Positions 9,726 through 19,119 of a stretch of DNA of 64,000 bases are shown here, one piece after another. This stretch comes from Alphaproteobacteria bacterium. GTDB taxonomy: Bacteria; Pseudomonadota; Alphaproteobacteria; RF32; CAG-239. Positions within the stretch are counted from its first letter, which is position 1. Each line of letters begins with the position of its first letter. The translations under genes were made by a program, and so were the position numbers. The notes under the pieces were generated by a model. The model was given only the letters and a program-made list of their open reading frames with translations, searched no databases and was not told the origin of the DNA. The stretch spans positions 10,706 to 74,705 of the forward strand of contig JAZQTW010000015.1 of the NCBI GenBank assembly GCA_045630985.1. Direction: 5' to 3'.

Positions 9726-10673
9726 ATGTTTGATTGGTTTAAAAGAGCAAAAGAACTAAGAGAAAGCGGTGTTTTGGGCATGAATGACCGTAATTATTCT
9801 GTTATTGCAAAATATAATAAACGCTCTTTATATACTTTGGTTGATGATAAAGTTAAGACTAAAAGATTAGCTAATAGTATAAATATTAATACTCCTCGTA
9901 TGATTGGTATTATTGAATATCAATATCAAGTAAAAGATTTGTTAGATATTGTTAAAGGATATGATACCTTTGTTATAAAACCAGCTCATGGTAGCGGCGG
10001 AAAGGGCGTGTTGGTTATAAAATCTTATGATGGTGAAAAGTTTTATGCGGCATCTGGTGATGTTTTAACCTTTAAAGATGTATATCAGCATATTTCTAAT
10101 ACACTTAGCGGACTTTTTAGTTTGGGCGGTAAATATGATGTAGCCTTAATTGAAGAGGCGGTTAACTTTAGTGACGTATTTAAAAACTTTAGTTATCGTG
10201 GTGTGCCAGATGTTAGGGTAATTGTTTATAAAGGTTATCCTGCAATGGTAATGATGCGTTTGGCTACAAAAGAATCTGGTGGTAGGGCTAACCTTCATCA
10301 AGGAGCTGTTGGTGTTGGGCTGGATGTTAAAACCGGTAAAACATTGAATGCTGTTATGCATAATAAACAAGTATTAATTCATCCTGATACAGGTGCAAAT
10401 TTAATGGATTTGAAAGTTCCCTTTTGGAGAGAGCATTTGTTAATTGGTGCTAAAGCATACGATATGACTGGGTTAGGATATTTGGGTGCGGATATTGTGT
10501 TGGATAAAAATAGGGGGCCTATGATGTTAGAGATTAATGCTCGCCCAGGTTTGGCTATTCAGATTGCTAATGGCAAAGGATTAAGAACTAAGCTTGAAGA
10601 AATTGATGAATATTATCCAACAGGATTAACTGCAGAAGAACGTATTGATTGGGTGTTGAATTATGAAAAATAA
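9726..10673 (+). CDS. alpha-L-glutamate ligase-related protein (RimK-like ATP-grasp amidoligase)
   Basis: ATP-grasp motifs (VIKPAHGSGGKGV, ...GANLHQGA..., ...LEINARPGL...); start moved to ATG 9726 (RBS AAGGAAA) rather than the overlapping in-frame 9699 start. Confidence 0.8.
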   Translation: MFDWFKRAKELRESGVLGMNDRNYSVIAKYNKRSLYTLVDDKVKTKRLANSININTPRMIGIIEYQYQVKDLLDIVKGYDTFVIKPAHGSGGKGVLVIKSYDGEKFYAASGDVLTFKDVYQHISNTLSGLFSLGGKYDVALIEEAVNFSDVFKNFSYRGVPDVRVIVYKGYPAMVMMRLATKESGGRANLHQGAVGVGLDVKTGKTLNAVMHNKQVLIHPDTGANLMDLKVPFWREHLLIGAKAYDMTGLGYLGADIVLDKNRGPMMLEINARPGLAIQIANGKGLRTKLEEIDEYYPTGLTAEERIDWVLNYEK

Positions 10674-11334
10674 ATTCCTAAATATAATTTTAGTTTTAAC
10701 TTTGGTTGTAATTTTTAAGGGGTTAATTATGGTAGATGTTTTAGCAAAGAGCGAAACAAAGGCTTTGGATAAAGCTGATACAAAGAGTATTGGTGTAGAA
10801 GAAACTAAAAAAATTGAAGTAAGTGAAACGAGAGGAAAGAAAATGAAACATTCTTATAATGTAGTAGATGTAGAAAATTCTTTGGTTATGAAGTTAAAAG
10901 ATGGCGAAGTTGTAATTGAAATGATGCCAGATGTTGCACCTAACCATGTTGCAAGAATAAAAGAACTCGTAAGAGAAGGTTTTTATAATGGATTAAAGTT
11001 CCATCGTGTTATTGATGGATTTATGGCGCAAACTGGTTGCCCATTAGGAAACGGTACAGGTGGTAGTGGTAAAAAATTAAAGGCTGAATTTAATAGAGTT
11101 CCTCACACACGTGGTGTTGTTTCTATGGCTAGAGCAATGGATCCTGATTCTGCGGATAGTCAATTCTTTATTTGTTTTGATAATGCACCTCATTTAGATG
11201 GTCAATATACTGTTTGGGGTAAGGTTGTTAGCGGTATGGAATTTGTTGATAATATCAAAAAAGGCGGTGGCTATAATGGTATGGTATATCAGCCTGATGA
11301 GATTGTTAGTTTAGAAGTGATTGCAGATATGTAA
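10663..11334 (+). CDS. peptidyl-prolyl cis-trans isomerase, cyclophilin type, with N-terminal signal sequence (periplasmic)
   Basis: HRVIDGFMAQTGCPLGNGTGGSG and FFICFDNAPHLDGQYTVWGKVV cyclophilin signatures; hydrophobic N-terminus. Confidence 0.85.
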   Translation: MKNKFLNIILVLTLVVIFKGLIMVDVLAKSETKALDKADTKSIGVEETKKIEVSETRGKKMKHSYNVVDVENSLVMKLKDGEVVIEMMPDVAPNHVARIKELVREGFYNGLKFHRVIDGFMAQTGCPLGNGTGGSGKKLKAEFNRVPHTRGVVSMARAMDPDSADSQFFICFDNAPHLDGQYTVWGKVVSGMEFVDNIKKGGGYNGMVYQPDEIVSLEVIADM

Positions 11335-11335
11335 A

Positions 11336-11365
11336 ATGAAGGAGGCGTTAAGCCTCCTTTATTTT
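11336..11365. terminator. bidirectional intrinsic terminator between cyclophilin gene (+) and ruvC (-)
   Basis: GGAGGC-gttaa-GCCTCC hairpin flanked by A-run and TTTATTTT. Confidence 0.7.
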
Positions 11366-11852
11366 ATGCAATTTTAGAATTAAATGAATTTCTTAAGTTT
11401 GCGTGAGTGATGGCGATTGCTAGAGCGTCTGAAGAATCATTGTTTTTTGGTTTTGCTCCGGGGAGTAGTATTTTTACCATAGTTTCTACTTGAGTTTTAT
11501 CTGCTCTGCCAACTCCTGTAAGAGCTTTTTTTACCTTTGTTGGTTCATATTCATATAGCGGAATGTTATAAAGGGATGGCATTAAAAATACAACACCTCT
11601 TGCCATGCTTAATTTTAGAGAAGTTTCTGGGTTTGAGTTAAGAAATGTAACTTCAATAGAAGCTTCATTTGGTTTGTATGTTTCTATTACTTTTTGTAAT
11701 TCATTATGTATGATGTGAAGACGTTCTGATAATGGAAGTTTGTTTGATGTTGGAATAAAACCGTCTGCTATATAAGACAGACGGTTTCCTTCAACATCTA
11801 TTATGCCCCAACCTGTTGATGAAATACTTGGGTCTAGGCCTAATATACGCAT
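11364..11852 (-). CDS. ruvC: crossover junction endodeoxyribonuclease RuvC
   Basis: MRILGLDPSISSTGWGIID... RNase H-like fold N-terminus, catalytic acidic residues. Confidence 0.9.
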   Translation of the reverse strand: MRILGLDPSISSTGWGIIDVEGNRLSYIADGFIPTSNKLPLSERLHIIHNELQKVIETYKPNEASIEVTFLNSNPETSLKLSMARGVVFLMPSLYNIPLYEYEPTKVKKALTGVGRADKTQVETMVKILLPGAKPKNNDSSDALAIAITHANLRNSFNSKIA

Positions 11853-12608
11853 TTATTCAGCCTCTAATTGAGACATTACTTCTTCAGATATTTCAGCATT
11901 GTGATATACATGTTGAACATCTTCATCTTCTTCAAGTGCGTCTATAAATTCTAAGAATTTTTTAGCTGTTTCTAAATCTGTAATTTCAGATTTTACAGTA
12001 GCTTTCCAGTCTAGACGAGAAGCAGATGGAGTTCCGAATTTCTTTTCTAATGCTTCTGTAACAGAAGATAAGTCATCAGGAAGAGTTTCTATTGCGTGTG
12101 TTTCATCTTCTGAAACAACTTCGTTCGCACCAGCTTCTAGAGCTTCTTCAAACATTGTATCTGCATCTGCAACAGTTAATGGATATTCAATGTAACCAAT
12201 GCGCTCAAAATTGAAAGTAACAGAGCCAGTTTCACCCATAGCTCCACCACGTTTACCAAAGATTGCTCTTACGTTACTTGCTGTACGATTTTTATTATCT
12301 GTTAAAGCTTCTACGATAACAGCAACTTTGCTTGCAGAAAAACCTTCATAACGCATTGTTGTGAAATCTGCACCACCAACAACTTGTGTTGCTTTTGCGA
12401 TAGCACGTTCAATATTATCTTTTGGCATACTTTCTGCACGGGCAGCTTGTATTGCTAATCTTAAACGTGGGTTTTTATCTGGTTCAGGTAAACCAGTTTT
12501 TGCTGCTACAGTGATTTCACGAGCTAGTTTTGCGAAAACTCTAGCTTTTTTTGCATCTTGTGCACCTTTACGGTACATAATATTTTTAAATTGGGAGTGT
12601 CCTGCCAT
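11853..12608 (-). CDS. yebC: YebC/PmpR family DNA-binding transcriptional regulator
   Basis: MAGHSQFKNIMYRKGAQDAKKARVFAKLAREI N-terminus diagnostic of YebC; start ATG immediately follows ruvC start region (ruvC start overlaps). Confidence 0.9.
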   Translation of the reverse strand: MAGHSQFKNIMYRKGAQDAKKARVFAKLAREITVAAKTGLPEPDKNPRLRLAIQAARAESMPKDNIERAIAKATQVVGGADFTTMRYEGFSASKVAVIVEALTDNKNRTASNVRAIFGKRGGAMGETGSVTFNFERIGYIEYPLTVADADTMFEEALEAGANEVVSEDETHAIETLPDDLSSVTEALEKKFGTPSASRLDWKATVKSEITDLETAKKFLEFIDALEEDEDVQHVYHNAEISEEVMSQLEAE

Positions 12609-12692
12609 TTAGCCTCTCCATAGTTAATTAAGTTAATGTTTGTTATTTCTATAAAACTTCATAAAAAATAGTGCAAGTATTTTTTAGGATTT

Positions 12693-13475
12693 TTAGTCTT
12701 CTTCATGAGCTAGTTTATTACTCTCAAGAAGAAAAGCTGGTGTTCTCTTGCCAAATACTTTATATCTTTTTGCTAAATCTAGAGCTTTTTTATCTATATT
12801 TTCAGCTTGATTGGAATGTTTTTCTTTTTTGTTATTCTTTGGCATTTGTGGTTTGTTTTCTTTAATTTCTTGTACTTCGCTTTCTTTAGCTTTATCAACC
12901 TTTATTTCGCTAGGGGCTTTAAGAATTTTGTTTAATGTATCTTGTGTTTCTTTAGAGCGACGATTAGTGAAGATAATATTTTGTTTGTTTGCTGGAAGCA
13001 TATCCAAAATTTCATTTAGTTTTTTTAGTTGATGGTTCTTTTTGATTAAATTTATATCATCTACAACCAAAATATTGATATTAGAAATATCTACTCTTTC
13101 TTCTTTTATATTTTCTAACAACAAGTCAGGAGAAGCTATGATTACATTTGCTTCGCTATCTGTTGCTTCTACAGTATCATCATTTATTTCATGATATTTA
13201 TTAAAGATAGAAAATTTATCAGAAATATTTACAGACTCTCTAGAGCCTGGAGTGATGATTAAAATATTGTGTCCTTCTTTGTGGGATATTATATCTATAA
13301 GTGGGAAGATATATGAACAAGTTTTACCACAGGCAGCAGGTGCTATTGTAAAAACATCTTTTCCGGATAAAATAGATGGAATAACATCCTTTTGTACTGT
13401 TGTTGGTTTTTCATAACCTAAATCGTTTATTGCTTGAATTGTTTTTTCAGTAAGTCCCAAATCTTTAAAACTCAT
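12693..13475 (-). CDS. degenerate DEAD-box helicase N-terminal (RecA-like domain 1) protein with lysine-rich tail; no helicase C-domain
   Basis: Q-motif region (F..LGL...I...GYEKPTTVQ), motif I variant APAACGKT, motif Ib-like SPDLL, motif II degraded to VVDDIN (no catalytic Glu), ends in K/E-rich low-complexity tail. Confidence 0.6.
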   Translation of the reverse strand: MSFKDLGLTEKTIQAINDLGYEKPTTVQKDVIPSILSGKDVFTIAPAACGKTCSYIFPLIDIISHKEGHNILIITPGSRESVNISDKFSIFNKYHEINDDTVEATDSEANVIIASPDLLLENIKEERVDISNINILVVDDINLIKKNHQLKKLNEILDMLPANKQNIIFTNRRSKETQDTLNKILKAPSEIKVDKAKESEVQEIKENKPQMPKNNKKEKHSNQAENIDKKALDLAKRYKVFGKRTPAFLLESNKLAHEED

Positions 13476-13608
13476 AGTTTTTTCCCATATTTTGTTGTAA
13501 TAAATTATCTGAATAGTATAACTTTATTGTATAGAGTCAAGAATTAAGTGATTTTTGATAAAGAATCTAGTTGTAGCTTTAGATTTTTTATGTTATCAGT
13601 GATTAAAT

Positions 13609-14955
13609 TTGATTTTTGAAGTTGATAAAATGGTAGAAACATTATTTTCAAATAGGGTTAAGAGACCTTTAGCTGATAGATTGCGTCCACAAAAGTTAGA
13701 AGATGTTGTTGGGCAAGAACAGGTGTTGGGCGAAGATTCTCCTTTGGGGAGAATGGTTCAGACAGGTCGTGTTTCTTCATTTATTTTATGGGGTCCTCCT
13801 GGGTGCGGAAAAACAACAATAGCAAGATTAATCGCAGAACATACAAATTTGTATTTTGAGCAGATTTCTGCAGTTTTTTCAGGTGTTGCTGATTTAAAAA
13901 GAGTTTTTCAATATGCAAAAGATAGAAGAATCACCCAAGGAAAAGGTACTCTATTGTTTGTTGATGAGATACATAGATTTAATAAATCTCAACAAGATGG
14001 CTTTTTGCCTTATGTTGAAGACGGTACAGTTATTTTGGTTGGCGCAACAACCGAAAACCCATCGTTTGAGCTTAATGCTGCGTTATTATCTAGATGTCAG
14101 GTTTTTGTATTAAATCGTTTAACCAGTGATAATTTTGAAGAATTATTGCAGAGAGCAGAAAGAGAAGAGGGGCAAAAGCTACCTATTGATGATGAAGCAA
14201 GAGATTTGCTGAAAGAGGTTGCTGATGGTGATGGTAGGTATATCTTAAATTTAGCAGAAAGCGTTTGGGCGTATGCTAAACCTGATGAAGTGTTTGGTAA
14301 AGATAAATTAATGAAGATTATTCGCTCACGAGCTCCTGTTTATGATAAAGGTAGAGATGGTCATTACAATTTAATATCTGCTGTTCATAAGTCATTAAGA
14401 GGATCTGATGTTGATGCTGCTCTTTATTGGGTTGGAAGAATGATTGTTTCTGGGGAAGACCCAAAGTACATTTTACGCAGGTTAGTGAGGTTTGCTGTTG
14501 AAGATGTTTCTTTGGCTGATCCTAATGCGGTGGTGCAAGCGATTGCTTGTTCTGAAATATATGAAAAACTAGGAAGTCCTGAAGGTGATTTGGCTATTAT
14601 GCAACTAACTGCATATTTAGCAACAGCACCAAAATCTGCAGCAGTATATAAAGCAATGCATAGCGTTTTTGATGCAGCTAGAAAAACAGGTTCTTTGATG
14701 CCTCCTAAGCATATATTAAATGCTCCGACTAAGCTGATGAAAGAGTTAGGGTATAAAGACGGTTATATTTATGACCAAGATTTAGAAGATGGTTTTTCTG
14801 GGCAAAATTATTTTCCTGAAGAAATGGGGCGAAGACGTTTTTATAATCCTGTTGATAGGGGATTTGAGCGTGAAATTAGAAAACGAATCGACTATTTTGA
14901 TAAATTGAGAAAAGAAAAACAAAAGCAACGTAAAGAGAACGAAGAGAATAGTTGA
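13609..14955 (+). CDS. rarA: replication-associated recombination protein A (AAA+ ATPase RarA/MgsA)
   Basis: Walker A GPPGCGKTT, Walker B LFVDEIHRFNKSQQD, MgsA C-terminal helical domains; exact start (13609 vs ATG 13630) uncertain. Confidence 0.9.
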   Translation: MIFEVDKMVETLFSNRVKRPLADRLRPQKLEDVVGQEQVLGEDSPLGRMVQTGRVSSFILWGPPGCGKTTIARLIAEHTNLYFEQISAVFSGVADLKRVFQYAKDRRITQGKGTLLFVDEIHRFNKSQQDGFLPYVEDGTVILVGATTENPSFELNAALLSRCQVFVLNRLTSDNFEELLQRAEREEGQKLPIDDEARDLLKEVADGDGRYILNLAESVWAYAKPDEVFGKDKLMKIIRSRAPVYDKGRDGHYNLISAVHKSLRGSDVDAALYWVGRMIVSGEDPKYILRRLVRFAVEDVSLADPNAVVQAIACSEIYEKLGSPEGDLAIMQLTAYLATAPKSAAVYKAMHSVFDAARKTGSLMPPKHILNAPTKLMKELGYKDGYIYDQDLEDGFSGQNYFPEEMGRRRFYNPVDRGFEREIRKRIDYFDKLRKEKQKQRKENEENS

Positions 14956-14961
14956 CAATAA

Positions 14962-15306
14962 TTGTTTAAATGTAATAGTTTACACGATGTTAGAAGTATA
15001 ATTTTAAAATTCTTATGTATGGATAAAAGAAAAAGAGCATTGTTACTTGCTTTATCGGCTATAATAGAAGATGAGGCTAATAATAGAGAAGAAAACCTTA
15101 CTGATGTGTTGAAGGAAAAATACGGTATAGATGTTCATGAAATCTCTATTGACGCTGTAAGTTTAGAAGATGTGGTTTTAGAATTTAGAAGAAACGAGTT
15201 TGTTGATGATCTAAAACTAGAAGATTGTTCTAAGAAACAGCAAAAAAAGAGATGGTATGTACCGAGAACTATAGGTAAACCATGCGGTAAGAAAGGTAAG
15301 AGATAA
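14962..15306 (+). CDS. hypothetical basic-tailed small protein
   Basis: ORF with own terminator downstream; no recognisable motif; start ambiguous (internal Met at ~15019). Confidence 0.3.
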   Translation: MFKCNSLHDVRSIILKFLCMDKRKRALLLALSAIIEDEANNREENLTDVLKEKYGIDVHEISIDAVSLEDVVLEFRRNEFVDDLKLEDCSKKQQKKRWYVPRTIGKPCGKKGKR

Positions 15307-15341
15307 AACCGGTTCTAGTAATATAGAATCGGTTTTATTTT
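15307..15341 (+). terminator. intrinsic terminator
   Basis: AACCGGTTCTA...TAGAATCGGTT imperfect hairpin followed by TTATTTTG. Confidence 0.6.
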
Positions 15342-15419
15342 GTTTGATTTATTTTAATCTTGTAAAATAGGTTTTAATTGATTAGTATTTGTGCAAGTTT
15401 AAATGAAAATGAGGATGTT

Positions 15420-16349
15420 ATGTCTGGGGTTCAGATTATAAAAGTAAAAGAAGTAGATGATGGTATTAGACTAAACCGTTGGTTTTTGAAATATTATCCA
15501 GGTTTGAGTTTAGGGCGTTTGCAGAAGCTTTTGCGAACAAAACAAATTAAGGTGGATGGTCAAAAAGCAGAATCTAGTACAAGAGTGTGTAAAGGACAAG
15601 AAATACGCATTCCGCCTTTGGATAATGAGAAAAAAGAGGTGGAGAATAAAACTATATCTCAAAAAGATGTTAAGTATGTTGAAGATATGGTTATTTATAA
15701 AGATGATAAAATAATAGTTTTAAATAAGCCATCAGGCTTAGCTGTGCAAGGTGGAACAAACACTCTAAGACATCTTGATTGTTTGTTGGATGCTTTAAAG
15801 TTTGGTAATGAGGAAAAACCTAAACTTGTTCATCGTATTGATAAAGATACTAGTGGTATTTTGGTTTTGGCTAGAAGTCGTAAAATGGCAGATATGTTGA
15901 CAAAGGCCTTTAGAGAGCATACATTGAAAAAAACGTATTTAGCTCTTGCTAGAGGTGTTATTTATCCCGAACAAGGAGAAATTAAAGCTCCTATAGATAA
16001 GCTAGATGGACGAGTACAAGTATTTGATGGTGGTAAACCTGCAATAACAGAATATAGTGTTGTTGATAATGTTGGTGAAAGATATTCTTTGATTAAAGCA
16101 AGCCCAATAACAGGAAGAACCCATCAAATTCGTGTTCATTTAGAATATATGAATGCTCCAATTTTAGGAGATAGTAAATATTTTGGTAAAGAGAGAGAAA
16201 GAAATAGCATGTTTAAAGATAGATTACATTTACATGCGTATGAAATAGACTTATCTTCTCTATATAGCAAGAAAAAGATTATAAAAGCACCTTTACCTAG
16301 CTATTTTAAAGATAGTTTAGAAGCGTTGGGTTTAGATTTTAAGGAGTAA
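15420..16349 (+). CDS. rluC: RluA-family 23S rRNA pseudouridine synthase (RluC/RluD-like, S4 domain + catalytic domain)
   Basis: catalytic HRIDKDTSGILVLARS motif; N-terminal S4-like RLNRWF...; start placed at ATG 15420 (GAGGA upstream) - the track start 15378 is a TTG. Confidence 0.8.
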   Translation: MSGVQIIKVKEVDDGIRLNRWFLKYYPGLSLGRLQKLLRTKQIKVDGQKAESSTRVCKGQEIRIPPLDNEKKEVENKTISQKDVKYVEDMVIYKDDKIIVLNKPSGLAVQGGTNTLRHLDCLLDALKFGNEEKPKLVHRIDKDTSGILVLARSRKMADMLTKAFREHTLKKTYLALARGVIYPEQGEIKAPIDKLDGRVQVFDGGKPAITEYSVVDNVGERYSLIKASPITGRTHQIRVHLEYMNAPILGDSKYFGKERERNSMFKDRLHLHAYEIDLSSLYSKKKIIKAPLPSYFKDSLEALGLDFKE

Positions 16350-16354
16350 TATTT

Positions 16355-18439
16355 ATGCTAAGAGTTTTAAAGATTGTATCTATAGCTGTTGTAAGTTTAA
16401 TAGTATTGATTCTAGTTGCGGGTTATTTTGTTTTAACTCAAGTAGATTTTAATTCTTATAAAGGGCAAATTGTAAATATTGTTAAAACATCAACAGGACG
16501 AGATTTGTCTTTAGGAAACATAAAAGTAGTACCTTCTTTAAATCCGACAATTGCTGTAGAAAAAGTTGTTTTTACTAATGCTAAATGGGCTAAAAACAAA
16601 GATATGGTTGTTGTTGATGAAGTGAAGATTAAACTAGCAATTGTTCCATTGTTAAAAAAGAGCATAGCTATAGATGCTTTTATCGTAAAAAATGCTGTAA
16701 TTAATTTGGAGGAAAAAGCTGATGGATCAAATAACTGGACATTTACAAAAGTAGAAGAGGCAGAAAAAAAAGCTTCGTTTGATTTTGCTTTAATAAAATC
16801 AGCTAATGCAGAAGAGTTAAATAATAATAGCTCTTTAGAGTTTTTGAAGTCTTTGGATATCGGAGAGGTTAAATTAGTTAATGTTGTAGTAAACTATATA
16901 GATAAAAACTCTAAAGTTACAAGTTATGATATCGCTAATTTTGATTTAGATAAGAATCGAAAAGATGGAATAGATTTTAATTTTAATGTAAATAAAGGAT
17001 TATATGCAGGTAAAGGTGTTATTGGTGAGTTAAAGTTATTATCTTCTTCTAATGGTTATCCTGTAAGTGCAGATTTAAATGTTTTAGGTATTAACGCTAA
17101 AATTGATGCAAAACTATATAATGCCTTATCAAATATTTCATTTGATGCAAATGCTAATGTTAAGAATTTTATGGGAAATGCTTATAATGAGGCTGTTGAT
17201 TTGGTCATTAAAGGTGATTTGAATAAAATAGATATTAGTGTTAAAGAACTTAGTGTTGCGGATAATATTATTAAAGGTAATATTGGTGTAAATTTGGTTG
17301 GCAGCATTCCTTCTATAACTGCAACATTAAACTCTGACAAGATTGATATAAATCCTTTTATGAAAAAAGAGCAGACTGCGTTTGATTTTTCTTTAGTTAA
17401 AGAGGCTAAAGCTACAACGTTATTGCCTTATGATGTTGTTCCTTATTCAGCTCTTAATATGGTTGATGCAAATGTAGATGTACTTATTGGCGATATTGTA
17501 AATAAAAAAGCTATTTTGGCTCAAAATTTAAAATCTGTTATATCTGTTAATAATGGTGTTGCTAGTTTTAAGATTTTAGATGGTACTATTTCTGGCGGTA
17601 AAATTAACTCTACAGTTTCTTTGAGTGCTCAAGATAAAAGTTTAATTATAAAAACCAATATTGATAAAATGAGCATGATTGATTTATTGAATGCTTTTGA
17701 TGTAAGTAGTTCTGTATTTAATTTCCAAAAGACAAGCGGTACAGATATATATATTGATTTGGTAGGTCATGGTGATACTTTTGGTAACTTGATTGATACT
17801 CTAGATGGTAAATTTGTTACGATAGTTGGGGAATCTGTTATTCATGTTGGTAATATTGGAAAGATGACAGGTAATATCGTTTCTCAGCTATTTAATACAT
17901 TAAATGTTACCAAAGGTAATGATGATTTATCAGTAAAATGTGCAGTTGTTCGTGCTGATTTCAAAAATGGAAAAGCAGAGTTTCCAAATGGAATTGCTGT
18001 GAATGCAGATAAGTTTACCATTGTTGCAAACGGTAGCATTAATTTGAATAATGATAAAATTAGTTTGAGTGTAAAACCTTTTGCGGGAAAGATTACTGAT
18101 ACAAATATAGCAAAAGCATTATCCTCTTTAGTAAAATTAACAGGAACTATTAATAATCCTAAGATTGGTATAGACAGTGCAAATGCAATAAAAACACTTG
18201 TTGGTGTTACAACTGCTGGTCCAGTTTATTTAGGTGCACAGATGTTATTGGAAAGTGATGGTGCTCCTTGTTATACAGCCTTAGAGGGCACTGGTTATGA
18301 AACAAGATTTCCAGAGCCTAAAAATGTTGTAACATCTACAACAGATGGTGTTGGTAAGGTTTTGGATAATAGTGCTGATTTAGTTAAAGCTACAACAGAA
18401 GGTATATTTAACTTGTTGTCTGGCAAAAAAGCTAAATAA
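16355..18439 (+). CDS. asmA: AsmA-family outer-membrane biogenesis protein
   Basis: single N-terminal TM anchor (IVSIAVVSLIVLILVAGYFVL) then long repetitive beta-rich periplasmic region typical of AsmA. Confidence 0.7.
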   Translation: MLRVLKIVSIAVVSLIVLILVAGYFVLTQVDFNSYKGQIVNIVKTSTGRDLSLGNIKVVPSLNPTIAVEKVVFTNAKWAKNKDMVVVDEVKIKLAIVPLLKKSIAIDAFIVKNAVINLEEKADGSNNWTFTKVEEAEKKASFDFALIKSANAEELNNNSSLEFLKSLDIGEVKLVNVVVNYIDKNSKVTSYDIANFDLDKNRKDGIDFNFNVNKGLYAGKGVIGELKLLSSSNGYPVSADLNVLGINAKIDAKLYNALSNISFDANANVKNFMGNAYNEAVDLVIKGDLNKIDISVKELSVADNIIKGNIGVNLVGSIPSITATLNSDKIDINPFMKKEQTAFDFSLVKEAKATTLLPYDVVPYSALNMVDANVDVLIGDIVNKKAILAQNLKSVISVNNGVASFKILDGTISGGKINSTVSLSAQDKSLIIKTNIDKMSMIDLLNAFDVSSSVFNFQKTSGTDIYIDLVGHGDTFGNLIDTLDGKFVTIVGESVIHVGNIGKMTGNIVSQLFNTLNVTKGNDDLSVKCAVVRADFKNGKAEFPNGIAVNADKFTIVANGSINLNNDKISLSVKPFAGKITDTNIAKALSSLVKLTGTINNPKIGIDSANAIKTLVGVTTAGPVYLGAQMLLESDGAPCYTALEGTGYETRFPEPKNVVTSTTDGVGKVLDNSADLVKATTEGIFNLLSGKKAK

Positions 18440-18442
18440 GGT

Positions 18443-18736
18443 TTGTTGATGAAAGAAGTTTATCTAAAAATTGAAGGACGTGTGCAAGGTATTGGCTATC
18501 GTCGTTGGGCAGTATCTAAAGCAAAAGAGATCGGTGGTATTTCAGGCTGGGTTAGAAATGAGGATGATGGCAGTGTTGAAATACTTATGAGTGGCGACGA
18601 TGATAAAGTAAATAGCATGATAAATGCTTGTTACGATGGGCCTTTGTTTGCGAGAGTTGATAAAATTTCTTTTATGCCGAAGATTAATAACTATTTTTTA
18701 CCTTTAATAAAAGATGGCGTTTTTATGAGGATATAG
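18443..18736 (+). CDS. acyP: acylphosphatase
   Basis: VxGxVQGVxxR motif (IEGRVQGIGYRRWA) and GWVRNEDDGSVE second motif. Confidence 0.8.
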   Translation: MLMKEVYLKIEGRVQGIGYRRWAVSKAKEIGGISGWVRNEDDGSVEILMSGDDDKVNSMINACYDGPLFARVDKISFMPKINNYFLPLIKDGVFMRI

Positions 18737-18828
18737 GTATATAAAACTTAATTACAATATCGGTTTAATTGTTTTTAGCTATTTTGCTCTTATTTTATTG
18801 GCGTATCAATAAAATATGGAGGGGATAG

Positions 18829-19104
18829 ATGAAGGTTGAGAAGACGTTAGAGAATGTAAGCCAATGTTTGTGTTTGCAATGTCCATCTTATACAAAGTCA
18901 TGCCATTTAAAAAATGAAAAAGCTTTATTTGAAAAAATAAATAGAGTTGATGTTGAACAACATTTTGAAATAATGTTTTGCGCTTTTGAGAAAAGCGATT
19001 GTATTCATGAGAATCGAGGGTGTTTGTGTTCTCGTTGTCCGGTTCATAAAAAATATGCTTTAAATAATGAAGATTATTGCTTGAGTACTGGTGGTGTTTT
19101 GTAA
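18829..19104 (+). CDS. cysteine-rich small protein with duplicated C-L-C-x2-C-P motif (DUF2769-like metal-binding candidate)
   Basis: 10 Cys in 91 aa incl. CLCLQCPSY and CLCSRCPVH internal repeat; GGAGG RBS 7 nt upstream; the overlapping minus ORF 18806..19222 is low-complexity antisense. Confidence 0.45.
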   Translation: MKVEKTLENVSQCLCLQCPSYTKSCHLKNEKALFEKINRVDVEQHFEIMFCAFEKSDCIHENRGCLCSRCPVHKKYALNNEDYCLSTGGVL

Positions 19105-19119
19105 TTTTGGAGTTTAAAA

